Source of the DNA: Lachnospiraceae bacterium UBA5895
GTDB taxonomy: Bacteria > Bacillota > Clostridia > Lachnospirales > Lachnospiraceae
Direction: 5' to 3'
NCBI GenBank assembly: GCA_002431915.1
Contig: DJEP01000026.1
Span: 9,034 to 73,033 of the forward strand
DNA: 64,000 nucleotides
The translations under genes were made by a program, and so were the position numbers. The notes beneath the pieces were generated by a model. That model did no database searches. It worked only from the letters and a program-made list of their open reading frames with translations, and was not told the origin of the DNA. This document shows, one piece after another, positions 19,301-28,196 of this stretch. How positions within the stretch are numbered: the stretch's first letter is position 1; every line of letters starts with the position of its first letter.

Positions 19301-20611
19301 CGCTTTTCTGCGCAGCCTTGCATAGTAGAATCCATCCGCCGCATCCGTTCCCGGCAAAAGCTGCCTCTCTTCCTCCAACACAAACGGGAGATGATCCGTG
19401 ATCCAGGCTGCCTTTTCCTGATTCTCGCCTCTGTGGATCGTGCAGGTGCTGTATAACAGCACGCCGCCCGGCTTCACATACCGCCATCCGGTCTCTACGA
19501 TCTGTCTCTGCAGTTCATTGATGGATTTAAGGCTGTCCGGCGTTACATGATATTTAATATCTCTCTTTTTGCCCATGACACCCAGTCCCGAGCAGGGGAC
19601 ATCCATAAGCACCACGTCTGCGTATCCTTCATGAGCAGCGTCGGGAACCGTGGCATCGTGCACCTCCACTTCCACATTCGTGCACTGCATGCGTTCCAGA
19701 TTCTCAAGGATCAGCTCGGTCTTGTATTCCGAAACATCACGGGACAGCACATGCCCTTTGGCTCCGGCGTACTCGGAAGCTAGAATCGTCTTGCCTCCCG
19801 GCGCCGCACACAGATCCATGACCTTGTCCCCGGGATGAATCTGCGCCGCCTTCACCGCCAATGCGGAGGAGACATCCTGCACAGTAAATCTGCCTTCGGC
19901 GAATCCGGGAAGTGCATTCACGTTTTCCAGATTCTCCGCCAGATACACATAGGGAAGTTCCTTACTTTGTGTAAGGCTCACCCCTGTACTTTCAATCTGT
20001 GTGACCAGATCTTTTCTCTCCTCTTCCGACAGGTCCACACGGAACCGCAGAGATACCGGATGAATCTTAAGCAGTCCCTTCAGAAGTGTTTCCGTTCCCT
20101 TCATGCCGTATACCGGAAGCCACAACTCCACGATCCATTCCGGCATAGAATATTTTACGCTGAAATATTTCACAGAATCCGCAGGATCCGGCAGGGGCAT
20201 CTTGTCCTTGCTGCGGGCAATATTGCGCAGGACGGCATTGACGAACCCCTTCAGAGTACGGAAACCGCGCTTTGCCGCCAGCTTACAAGCCTCATTACAT
20301 ACCGCACTGTCCGGCACCGCATCCATATACAGGATCTGATAGGTACTCATGCGGAGCAGGCAGCGGATCAGAGGCTTCATCTTCCGGACCGGAACCGAAG
20401 AGAACTGATTCAGATAATAGTCCAGTTCCAACTGTCTCTCTATGGTACCTTCCGTAACTCTCTTGATAAATGCCTTATCCCTGGGATCCAGGTAATCGTA
20501 TTTATCCAGCACTGCTTTTATTAATTTATGGGAAAAATCCTGCCCCCTTTCCAGGTCCAGCAGGATCTCCACAACGATCTCTCTTGTATCGGTTGTTGCA
20601 GGATTCCCCAT
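19292..20611 (-). CDS. rsmB: 16S rRNA (cytosine967-C5)-methyltransferase RsmB
   Basis: 439 aa with a NusB-like N-terminal domain, SAM motif DLCAAPGGKT and catalytic DVPCSG. Confidence 0.9.
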   Translation of the reverse strand: MGNPATTDTREIVVEILLDLERGQDFSHKLIKAVLDKYDYLDPRDKAFIKRVTEGTIERQLELDYYLNQFSSVPVRKMKPLIRCLLRMSTYQILYMDAVPDSAVCNEACKLAAKRGFRTLKGFVNAVLRNIARSKDKMPLPDPADSVKYFSVKYSMPEWIVELWLPVYGMKGTETLLKGLLKIHPVSLRFRVDLSEEERKDLVTQIESTGVSLTQSKELPYVYLAENLENVNALPGFAEGRFTVQDVSSALAVKAAQIHPGDKVMDLCAAPGGKTILASEYAGAKGHVLSRDVSEYKTELILENLERMQCTNVEVEVHDATVPDAAHEGYADVVLMDVPCSGLGVMGKKRDIKYHVTPDSLKSINELQRQIVETGWRYVKPGGVLLYSTCTIHRGENQEKAAWITDHLPFVLEEERQLLPGTDAADGFYYARLRRKAEE

Positions 20612-20613
20612 GC

Positions 20614-21333
20614 TTAGTCTCTCCTTCTGCGGTTACCGCCATACAGCAGGATCAGACGAAGCAGCTGTAATGCGGAGGATGCCGCTCCCGCCACGTAGGT
20701 AAGGGCAGCCGCTGTCAGCACCTTTTTACCACCGCTTACTTCTTCACTGCCTAACAGGCCGTATTCCTCCACCTTCACAATTGCTCTGTGAGAAGCATTG
20801 AATTCCACTGGAAGTGTCACCAGCTGGAAGATCACGGTCAGGGCAAATGCCCAGATTCCAAGCTGAATCAGTGTCTGGTTCCAGCTGAGCAGTACTCCTA
20901 ATAAAATCAGAGGAATACTTAAATTACTTCCGATATTCACCACCGGCACCAGTGCCGCACGGACACTCATGGGCACATAGCCGTGAGCATGCTGAATGGC
21001 ATGTCCGCACTCATGGGCTGCCACACTGACTGCAGTCACTGAGGTTCCGTTATAATTATTATAAGACAACCGCACCGTATCCGTCCGGGGATCGTAATGA
21101 TCGCCGTCTTTGGAATTCAGGCACTCGATCTGTACGTTATACAAACCTTCCCTGTTTAAAATATTCCGGGCTGCTTCCGCTCCCGTAAGCCCTCTCATAT
21201 TCCGGACCTTACTGTATTTGCGCATGGTGGAGTTCACCAGTGCACTGGCACCCAAACATAACACCAGTCCGATCAGTACCAGAAAATACGTGGGGTCAAA
21301 ATAATAGCCATATCCATAATAACCACCGTACAT
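20614..21333 (-). CDS. YugP-family membrane zinc metallopeptidase
   Basis: 239 aa with HExxH (AAHECGHAIQH) and flanking TM segments. Confidence 0.8.
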   Translation of the reverse strand: MYGGYYGYGYYFDPTYFLVLIGLVLCLGASALVNSTMRKYSKVRNMRGLTGAEAARNILNREGLYNVQIECLNSKDGDHYDPRTDTVRLSYNNYNGTSVTAVSVAAHECGHAIQHAHGYVPMSVRAALVPVVNIGSNLSIPLILLGVLLSWNQTLIQLGIWAFALTVIFQLVTLPVEFNASHRAIVKVEEYGLLGSEEVSGGKKVLTAAALTYVAGAASSALQLLRLILLYGGNRRRRD

Positions 21334-21383
21334 AGAAAAGTCTCCTTTCTATACCTGTCTAGCTCTAGTCTATCCTATCTGTC

Positions 21384-22319
21384 TTAATGCTCGCCAAGGA
21401 TCTCTCCCGGCTGCACCTTCACGCCCAGGAGAAAATCATGGGCCGTCATACGCTTTTTGCCTTCCAGCTGTAATTCCATGACCTTCAGGGCACCTTCCGC
21501 CGCAGCCACTTCAAAGGAATCCTTATTCACCGTAAGGATCGTGCCGGGGGCTTCTTTGTGTACGGTAGCCATGGGAATGGCTTTCCAGATCTTCAACTGT
21601 TTTCCATGGTAAAACGTATAGGCACTTGGCCAGGGAGTCAGTCCTCTGATCAGTCTGTCCAGTTCCGCCGCTGTCTTGGTAAAATCCAGTCTGCCCATCT
21701 CTTTGGTGATCAGAGCCGCGTAGCAGGTCTTGCTGTCATCCTGTTTTTCCGGAATTAATTTCCCGGCTTCCAATAAGGGCAGTGCCTCGGTGATTGCCTC
21801 GCCGCCTAACACCATCAGTTTATCGTGCAGTGTCTCAAAGGTATCTTCCGTAGTGATGGGAATCTTCTTCCGGTACAGCATATCGCCGGTATCCAGCCCG
21901 GCATTCATCTGCATTATGGTCACACCGGTCTCAGTCTCTCCGTCGATGATCACTCTCTGGATCGGAGACGCACCACGGTATTTCGGAAGCAGGGATGCGT
22001 GAATATTCAGACATCCGTACTTCGGCAGATCCAGAATCTCCTGGGACAGGATCTGTCCGAAAGCTGCCACGATATAAACATCTGCGGGATATTTTTTCAA
22101 TTCTTCGATAGCCTCGGGAGTCTTGATCCGGCGGGGCTGGAATACCGGGATGCCGTGTTTTACAGCGCATTCCTTCACCGGTGGAAACTGTAACTGCCCA
22201 CTTCTTCCCTTTGCCTTGTCCGGCTGGGTTACCACTGCGGTGATCTCATGCCCCTGTGCGATCAGAGCTTCCAGAGCTCCCACTGCGAAATCGGGAGTTC
22301 CCATAAATACGATCTGCAT
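21384..22319 (-). CDS. fmt: Methionyl-tRNA formyltransferase
   Basis: 311 aa with the formyltransferase core (IHASLLPKYRGASPIQ). It follows def. Confidence 0.95.
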   Translation of the reverse strand: MQIVFMGTPDFAVGALEALIAQGHEITAVVTQPDKAKGRSGQLQFPPVKECAVKHGIPVFQPRRIKTPEAIEELKKYPADVYIVAAFGQILSQEILDLPKYGCLNIHASLLPKYRGASPIQRVIIDGETETGVTIMQMNAGLDTGDMLYRKKIPITTEDTFETLHDKLMVLGGEAITEALPLLEAGKLIPEKQDDSKTCYAALITKEMGRLDFTKTAAELDRLIRGLTPWPSAYTFYHGKQLKIWKAIPMATVHKEAPGTILTVNKDSFEVAAAEGALKVMELQLEGKKRMTAHDFLLGVKVQPGEILGEH

Positions 22320-22342
22320 AGCTTATCTCCTTCCCGGAATAC

Positions 22343-22822
22343 TTATTCTTCCTCGTCCTCATAGGTCATGTCCTGCAGAGGGCCTTCCGCCTTCTCCACA
22401 TAGAGATGACCATCCAGGTGATCCAGTTCGTGGCAGATGGCTCTCGCCAACAGTTCCGTTCCCTCTACCTCGATGGGCTTCATGTTCACATCCAGAGCTA
22501 CTGCTTTCACATAATTGGGTCTGGTCACAATACCGAACTTTCCGGGAACGCTTAAGCACCCTTCCTGTCCGGTCTGCTCTCCGCTGCTCTCCACGATCCG
22601 GGGATTGATGAGAATGTAAGGATCCTCTCCGGTGGTGTCGATCACCACAATTCTCTTAAGTATGCCCACCTGGGGAGCTGCCAGTCCCACACCGTTGGCG
22701 TCATACATGGTCTCTAACATATCCTCGATCAGTTCCTTCGTCCGGGGAGTCATCTCCTTGACCTCCTTACAGGTCTTGGTCAGTACTTCATCTCCATATT
22801 CACGAATATTTCTGATTGCCAC
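22343..22822 (-). CDS. def: Peptide deformylase
   Basis: 159 aa with motifs GLAAPQVG, EGCLSVPG and HELDHL. Confidence 0.95.
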   Translation of the reverse strand: MAIRNIREYGDEVLTKTCKEVKEMTPRTKELIEDMLETMYDANGVGLAAPQVGILKRIVVIDTTGEDPYILINPRIVESSGEQTGQEGCLSVPGKFGIVTRPNYVKAVALDVNMKPIEVEGTELLARAICHELDHLDGHLYVEKAEGPLQDMTYEDEEE

Positions 22823-22834
22823 CGTTATTACCTC

Positions 22835-25087
22835 CTATAATATAGTTATCGGGTCAAAATCGAATTGTATACTCAGCTGTCTGGGCTGCCACTTCCTGAG
22901 TGTCTCTTCCACACGGTCCTTTACATTCACAAGTGTATCATATTCCTTGTGCTTTACATAAAACACATACCGGTAGATATCGTTGATCTTACTGATATTT
23001 GCCGGAGCAGGGCCCAATACCTGTATTTTTTTATCGGACTGTTCTGACAAAAAGTCCATATTAGACTTTACCACATCTGTCAGGCCGAGGGCAAGCTGTT
23101 TTACATTTTCTTCCTCTTTACCATAGATCTGCACGGCCAGCATATGTGCTGCCGGCGGATACCCGGACAGCTCCCGGTACAGGATCTCCTCTTCATAAAA
23201 GTTCTCATAATTCTGGGCCGCCGCACAGGTTATGGCATAATGATCCGGCTGATAGGTCTGGATCACCGCCTCTCCGGGGAGCACGCCTCTGCCGGCTCTG
23301 CCCACCGCCTGTGTCAACAGCTGGAAGGTCCGCTCTCCGGCACGGTAATCCGAGGCATTTAAGGACAGATCCGCTGCCAGGATTCCCACCAGGGTCACCC
23401 TCGGAAAATCATGACCCTTGACGATCATCTGGGTGCCGATCAGCACATCCGCCTCACCGTTTGCGAAAGCGGACAATATTTTCTCATAACTGTCTTTCGT
23501 CCGGGTCGTATCCGCATCCATGCGCAGCGTCCGAACCCCGGGATACAGCTGTTTTAATTTTTCTTCGATCTGCTGAGTGCCTGCCTTAAATCCCAGGATA
23601 TATTTTGATCCGCATTTGGGACACAGCTTTGGCATCGGCTGTGTGTAGCCGCAATAATGACAGATCAGCTTTCCCCCTTTATGCTCTGAGAGAGAGACAT
23701 CACAGTGGGGACATTTCATGACTTCCCCACAGGAACGGCAGGATACGAAACCGGCATAACCCCTGCGGTTTAAGAACAGGATGGTCTGCTGCCCTTTGTT
23801 CAGCCGGTCCGTCATCAGCTCCTGTAATTTTCTGCTGAAAATAGAACGGTTTCCCTCCTGCAGCTCCTGTCTGAGATCCACCGTGTATACCACCGGCAGT
23901 TCTCCTCCGGTCAGCCGCTTCGTCAGATGGAACAGCCGGTATTCTCCCTTTCCTGCTCGGTAGTACGCCTCTAAGGAAGGGGTCGCCGATCCCAGCACCA
24001 CGCTGGCTCCGTACAGCTTCGCCACTTCCATAGCGGTCTCTCTGGCATGGTATTTGGGAGTACTCTCACTTTTATAGCTGTTCTCCTGTTCCTCATCCAT
24101 GACGATCAGTCCCAGATTGGGAAAAGGAGTAAACAACGCTGACCTGGGACCTATGATCACATCGATCTCCCCGGCTTTGGCACGTTCGCACTGATCATAT
24201 TTTTCCCCGGGAGACAGTGTGGAATTCATCACGCTGACCCGGTCACCGAATCTCTGATAAAATCGTAACAGTGTCTGGTAGGTCAGGGCGATCTCCGGAA
24301 TCAGCACGATCGCCTGACGTCCTCTTTTTATCATCTCGCCGATCAGCTGCATGTATACTTCCGTCTTGCCGCTGCCGGTGATGCCGTGGATCAGATAGGT
24401 CTGCTTTTTCCCGGCATCGAAATCCGCAAGGACTTCTGTTACGATATACTGCTGTTCCTCACTTAAGGTATTGCGCTTTGCCTCCACAGATTGCATTTTG
24501 ACCGGATTGCGGTAGCTTTCAGAGCTGACCAGCTTCGCTGCGCCGCTTTTCACGATGCTGTTCACCGTAGCAGCGCTGACACCCAGTTTCCCGGTGATCC
24601 ACTCATAGGGAATACTCTCCTGCTTCGACAGGGCTCGCAGAAGCCTTGCCTTCGCCACCTGTTTCTTGCGCTCGCATTCGCCTAAGAGCGACAGAATCTC
24701 CTCTCTGTTCATCAGGCGCACCAGCTGTCTGTGCTCCAGTTTCTTCACGGTCTGCTTCGCCGGCAATACCGTCTTCAACGCCTGGATCATGGTACATCCG
24801 TAGTTACGACGGATCCATGCTGCCAGTGCGATCATTTTATCTTCCACACCGGTCTCTTTTTCGGGAAATCCGGCGATCTCCTTGATCTTCTCCGGTGCAA
24901 ACTGGCACTTATCTCCTATGCCGACCACGTAACCTTTGATCAGGCGGTTCCCATTGCCGAAAGGGATCATGACGCAGGCTCCGGGCTCCAGCTGTTCTGC
25001 CAGTCTCTCCGGTACCCGGTACTGAAAGGTCTTATCCAGTTTTTCATGAGAGATATCCACAATGATATCTGCATATAACGTACTCAA
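22835..25087 (-). CDS. priA: Primosomal protein N' (replication restart helicase PriA)
   Basis: 750 aa with Walker A GITGSGKTEVY, a DEEQ box and the Cys-rich zinc-binding insert (CRSCGEVMKCPHCDVSL...CHYCG...CPKCG). Confidence 0.95.
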   Translation of the reverse strand: MSTLYADIIVDISHEKLDKTFQYRVPERLAEQLEPGACVMIPFGNGNRLIKGYVVGIGDKCQFAPEKIKEIAGFPEKETGVEDKMIALAAWIRRNYGCTMIQALKTVLPAKQTVKKLEHRQLVRLMNREEILSLLGECERKKQVAKARLLRALSKQESIPYEWITGKLGVSAATVNSIVKSGAAKLVSSESYRNPVKMQSVEAKRNTLSEEQQYIVTEVLADFDAGKKQTYLIHGITGSGKTEVYMQLIGEMIKRGRQAIVLIPEIALTYQTLLRFYQRFGDRVSVMNSTLSPGEKYDQCERAKAGEIDVIIGPRSALFTPFPNLGLIVMDEEQENSYKSESTPKYHARETAMEVAKLYGASVVLGSATPSLEAYYRAGKGEYRLFHLTKRLTGGELPVVYTVDLRQELQEGNRSIFSRKLQELMTDRLNKGQQTILFLNRRGYAGFVSCRSCGEVMKCPHCDVSLSEHKGGKLICHYCGYTQPMPKLCPKCGSKYILGFKAGTQQIEEKLKQLYPGVRTLRMDADTTRTKDSYEKILSAFANGEADVLIGTQMIVKGHDFPRVTLVGILAADLSLNASDYRAGERTFQLLTQAVGRAGRGVLPGEAVIQTYQPDHYAITCAAAQNYENFYEEEILYRELSGYPPAAHMLAVQIYGKEEENVKQLALGLTDVVKSNMDFLSEQSDKKIQVLGPAPANISKINDIYRYVFYVKHKEYDTLVNVKDRVEETLRKWQPRQLSIQFDFDPITIL

Positions 25088-25117
25088 TCTGTTGTCCTCA
25101 TGATTTTATTTTCCTGT

Positions 25118-26626
25118 TTATTTTACAGCCGATCCCGGGATATGTCCTTCTGCTAAAATGTCCCGGATCAGGTCACGTTCATCCATGGGATGCTTCACGC
25201 CTTTGATCTCCTGGTAGTCTTCGTGTCCTTTTCCCGCCAGCACGATAATGTCGCCGGGTTCTCCGTGTTCGATGGCATAAGTGATGGCTTCCTTGCGGTC
25301 GCAGATCTCCACATATTTGCCGTCCGTCTTCGCCATACCGGTCTCGATATCATTGATAATATCCCGGGGCTCCTCGAACCGGGGATTGTCGGAGGTAATG
25401 ATGGTCAGATCCGCCAGTCTGCCGCTGACCTCTCCCATCTCGAAACGGCGCTGTCTGGAGCGGTTGCCACCGCAGCCGAACAGGCTGACCAGTCTGTGGG
25501 GTTCATACTCCCGCAGGGTGGTTAACAGACTTTCCAGTGCCATGGCATTGTGGGCATAGTCGATCAGCAGAGTAAACTTGTCGGAGACTTTGATCATCTC
25601 GATACGACCCTTTACTTTTGCCTGTAGCAGTGCCTTTTTGATATTTTCCTCATCTACCTTAAAATGACGGCAGATGGCAATGGCTGCCAGGGCATTGTAC
25701 ACGCTGAATTTGCCGGGCATGGGTACTTCCACAGTAAAGTTCATCAGCCCGGTCACATGGAAGGTAACACCCAGTTCTCCGGGCTTATGTACCAGCTGCC
25801 TATCTTCGGCACGTAACATGCAGTGCTCTCCCATTCCGAAGCTCTCCAGTTCGCAGGTATGTCCTTCTGTCACTGCCTGCCAGTGGGCATCGTCACCGTT
25901 GACAATTCCCACCTTACACTGCTTGAACAACAATCCCTTGCAGTGCAGATATTCCTCAAAGCTTGCATGCTCATTGGGTCCGATATGATCCGGCTCCAGG
26001 TTCGTGAAAATGCCGTAATCAAAGATAAAGCCCTGGGTGCGGTGCAACATCAGCGCCTGGGAAGATACTTCCATTACCACCGTATCCAGTCCGACCTCCA
26101 CCATGCGGGCAAAATACTCCTGTAACAGGTATGATTCCGGTGTGGTGTTATTTGCATGAATATGTTCGTCTCCGATGATCACTTCAATGGTTCCCACCAG
26201 CCCTACTTTATAGCCGGCATTTTCCAGAATGGACTTTACCAGATAGGTGGTAGTGGTCTTGCCCTTGGTTCCTGTGATGCCGATAACCTTCAGTTTTTCA
26301 GCCGGGTGTCCGAACCATGCTGCGGAGATAAACGCCATGGCATACCTTGTATCCGCTACCTTGATCACGGTCACATCAGCATCCGCCGGAAGCTCTACGT
26401 CCTTTTGCACCACCAGTACTCCGGCGCCCTGCGCAGTCACCTGAGTGGCGAAATCATGTCCGTCAAAATTTGCTCCGGTAATACAAATAAACAGACAGCC
26501 CGGAACGATCTTGCGGGAATCATAGACCACTGCCGTGATCTCTTTGTCTAATGTTCCCCGCACTGTTTCATAATCCAGCTTTTCCAGAAGTGTTGCTAAT
26601 TTTCTGTTATTTTCCATATTTTTCAT
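25118..26626 (-). CDS. murE: UDP-N-acetylmuramoyl-L-alanyl-D-glutamate--2,6-diaminopimelate ligase
   Basis: Mur ligase P-loop GITGTKGKTTT and a DNPR motif (TSDNPRFE). Start placed at MKNMENN (26626). The track start 26662 is the alternative. Confidence 0.9.
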   Translation of the reverse strand: MKNMENNRKLATLLEKLDYETVRGTLDKEITAVVYDSRKIVPGCLFICITGANFDGHDFATQVTAQGAGVLVVQKDVELPADADVTVIKVADTRYAMAFISAAWFGHPAEKLKVIGITGTKGKTTTTYLVKSILENAGYKVGLVGTIEVIIGDEHIHANNTTPESYLLQEYFARMVEVGLDTVVMEVSSQALMLHRTQGFIFDYGIFTNLEPDHIGPNEHASFEEYLHCKGLLFKQCKVGIVNGDDAHWQAVTEGHTCELESFGMGEHCMLRAEDRQLVHKPGELGVTFHVTGLMNFTVEVPMPGKFSVYNALAAIAICRHFKVDEENIKKALLQAKVKGRIEMIKVSDKFTLLIDYAHNAMALESLLTTLREYEPHRLVSLFGCGGNRSRQRRFEMGEVSGRLADLTIITSDNPRFEEPRDIINDIETGMAKTDGKYVEICDRKEAITYAIEHGEPGDIIVLAGKGHEDYQEIKGVKHPMDERDLIRDILAEGHIPGSAVK

Positions 26627-26740
26627 AAAGGTATCCGCCTTTCCCGAAAAAACTTGTTGCATACTTTTTTTATTTTACTCTTTTTTCTGTAAATGTACCA
26701 CCCTTAAATTTCATTGCACCTTTTGCTCTTTTCTTCAAAA

Positions 26741-26749
26741 TGTTATAAT
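26741..26749 (+). promoter_or_regulatory. Extended -10 element TGTTATAAT
   Basis: Exact TGnTATAAT, 52 nt upstream of an ATG with SD AAGGGGGA (26801). The -35 is weak. Confidence 0.4.
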
Positions 26750-26757
26750 AAGATATC

Positions 26758-26771
26758 TTGACCCTGACATC
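26758..26771. repeat. Solo copy of the MITE terminal repeat (TTGACCCTGACATC), flanked by ATATC direct repeats
   Basis: 16 of 17 nt match 8038-8054. ATATC lies at 26753-26757 and 26772-26776. Confidence 0.5.
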
Positions 26772-27087
26772 ATATCTTTAGATTTTAAGGGGGATTTCTT
26801 ATGAACGGCTTTTACGGATCCATCCTGTTGCAGTGGGTTCCCGCATTGTTTACCTTTTAAAAGAAGATTTCGATGTGATGTCCGGGGCATTTCTGCTATG
26901 GTTTGTAGCAGAAATCATTTCCTTTTCTCCGAACACTTATGACAATAATAAATTTTTATATGTGACCTATGTATTCGTCTGCTGTCTCAGCGCCGGATAC
27001 GGCATAGACCTGCTACGTTCTCTGAAAAAACGTTCCGCGCGCTCTATCCCTGCATCTTCGACAACGGAGAAATTCAGATCTACCGGA

Positions 27088-27765
27088 TCACTCAGTAGCC
27101 TCATACTCCGATGTACGAAGTTCTGTGGTATCGCTTTCCCGGGGTCTGCCGAAATTCTGAACAACCCCAATCAGCTGTCCGGACAACAGCACAGTGAACA
27201 GAGAATATCCGATCCTTCTCACCGAGATATAGCTTAACGACATCACCAGTACGATCAGATCCGTCATCAGATACACCCACTGGATCTTCCATCCGGTGGC
27301 ATGGGAAATACTCATGGCCAGAGCATCATCTCCACTGGGAGCTCCGCCGATCCGCACGCACAATCCGGCACCCACACCGACAAACAACGCTCCCACCAGT
27401 GCCGCCGCAAGGGGCTGCTCCGCCAGTCCGGGCCACAGATGCGGAAACTGTTCACAGATCTTATAAGTCCCGGAGAATCCGACGGTAGCCAGCGCCGAAT
27501 AGGCAATGAATTCCCTGCCCAGCAGCTTCCATCCCAGCACATAGCACAATACATTCATGATACCGCCGGTCACCGCCGGGGATATGCCGGTCCAGTGCTC
27601 CAATAACAGTGTCGCTCCCAGTACCCCACCCTCGGTGACACCGGAGATGGAATGCACATGATATAAACCAAATGCCAGAATAAAACTTCCCAATAAGGTT
27701 ACAGCACAATTTTTCAGGGTGAGTTTTTTTAAGGCTTCTTTCCATTCGTGAATCTGTAAGTTCAT
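27088..27765 (-). CDS. YitT/YczE-like integral membrane protein
   Basis: 225 aa and polytopic. Gly-rich TM segments (GVTEGGVLGATLLL, GGAPSGDDALAMS) resemble the YitT family by eye. A candidate promoter TTGAGA-17-TATGAT lies upstream. Confidence 0.6.
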   Translation of the reverse strand: MNLQIHEWKEALKKLTLKNCAVTLLGSFILAFGLYHVHSISGVTEGGVLGATLLLEHWTGISPAVTGGIMNVLCYVLGWKLLGREFIAYSALATVGFSGTYKICEQFPHLWPGLAEQPLAAALVGALFVGVGAGLCVRIGGAPSGDDALAMSISHATGWKIQWVYLMTDLIVLVMSLSYISVRRIGYSLFTVLLSGQLIGVVQNFGRPRESDTTELRTSEYEATE

Positions 27766-27849
27766 TTTAATCTTCCTGTCTTTTTATCCTTTATACTTTA
27801 CTATCATACCTTTTTTACTTAGTTTTCTCAAGTGGAAAATCCGGACACG

Positions 27850-27875
27850 AAAAAGCGCCCCGGTTACCCGAGACG
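27850..27875 (-). terminator. Intrinsic terminator (strand-specific stem)
   Basis: Minus-strand RNA is CGUCUCGG-GUAA-CCGGGGCG followed by CUUUUU. Two G-U pairs would be C-A mismatches on the plus strand. Confidence 0.6.
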
Positions 27876-27886
27876 TTTTTCCGATT

Positions 27887-27953
27887 TTCTTATGAGGGGG
27901 GGAGATAGTGAGTTCATCAACTATCTAAAATACATATTACAGGGAAAATGTGT
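27887..27953. repeat. Core copy 1 of a tandem 184-nt duplication (candidate sRNA on the minus strand, or 27-codon sORF 27892-27975 on the plus strand)
   Basis: 65 of 67 nt are identical to 28071-28137. It contains hairpin AGATAGT-N10-ACTATCT and a G7/C7 tract. Confidence 0.8.
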
Positions 27954-28035
27954 ACAGAATGTGTACGAATTCTAACTTTATTCTAAAATGAATCTTGAGG
28001 TTTTATAAAGTATCCTTTTGTATTATAAGGAACCA

Positions 28036-28066
28036 AAAAGCCTCAGGCATCGTACCTGAGGCTTTT
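28036..28066. terminator. Bidirectional intrinsic terminator
   Basis: Perfect 12-bp stem AAAAGCCTCAGG / CCTGAGGCTTTT with a 7-nt loop and U-runs available on both strands. Confidence 0.75.
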
Positions 28067-28070
28067 CGGT

Positions 28071-28137
28071 TTCTTATGAGGGGGGGAGATAGTGAGTTCA
28101 TCAACTATCTGAAATACATATTACAGAGAAAATGTGT
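28071..28137. repeat. Core copy 2 of the tandem 184-nt duplication (candidate sRNA on the minus strand, or 27-codon sORF 28076-28159 on the plus strand)
   Basis: See copy 1. It lies within 133 nt downstream of the recJ stop. Confidence 0.8.
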
Positions 28138-28196
28138 CCATTTTGTGTTCAAAAAATAAAAAATTACGAATGTGATTCTGAACAGTTACGAAACTA

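Noticed and set aside
26833-27237. 134-aa plus-strand ORF as an intact gene
   Set aside because: Its last 50 codons or so are antisense to the 3' end of the YitT-like gene. It starts at an internal GTG without an SD. Only its first part looks like a membrane protein, so I treated it as a frameshifted relic (see findings).
27887-28137. Possible CRISPR array
   Set aside because: There are only two repeats of 67 nt separated by 117 nt. The length and spacing are wrong for CRISPR, and no cas genes are in the window.
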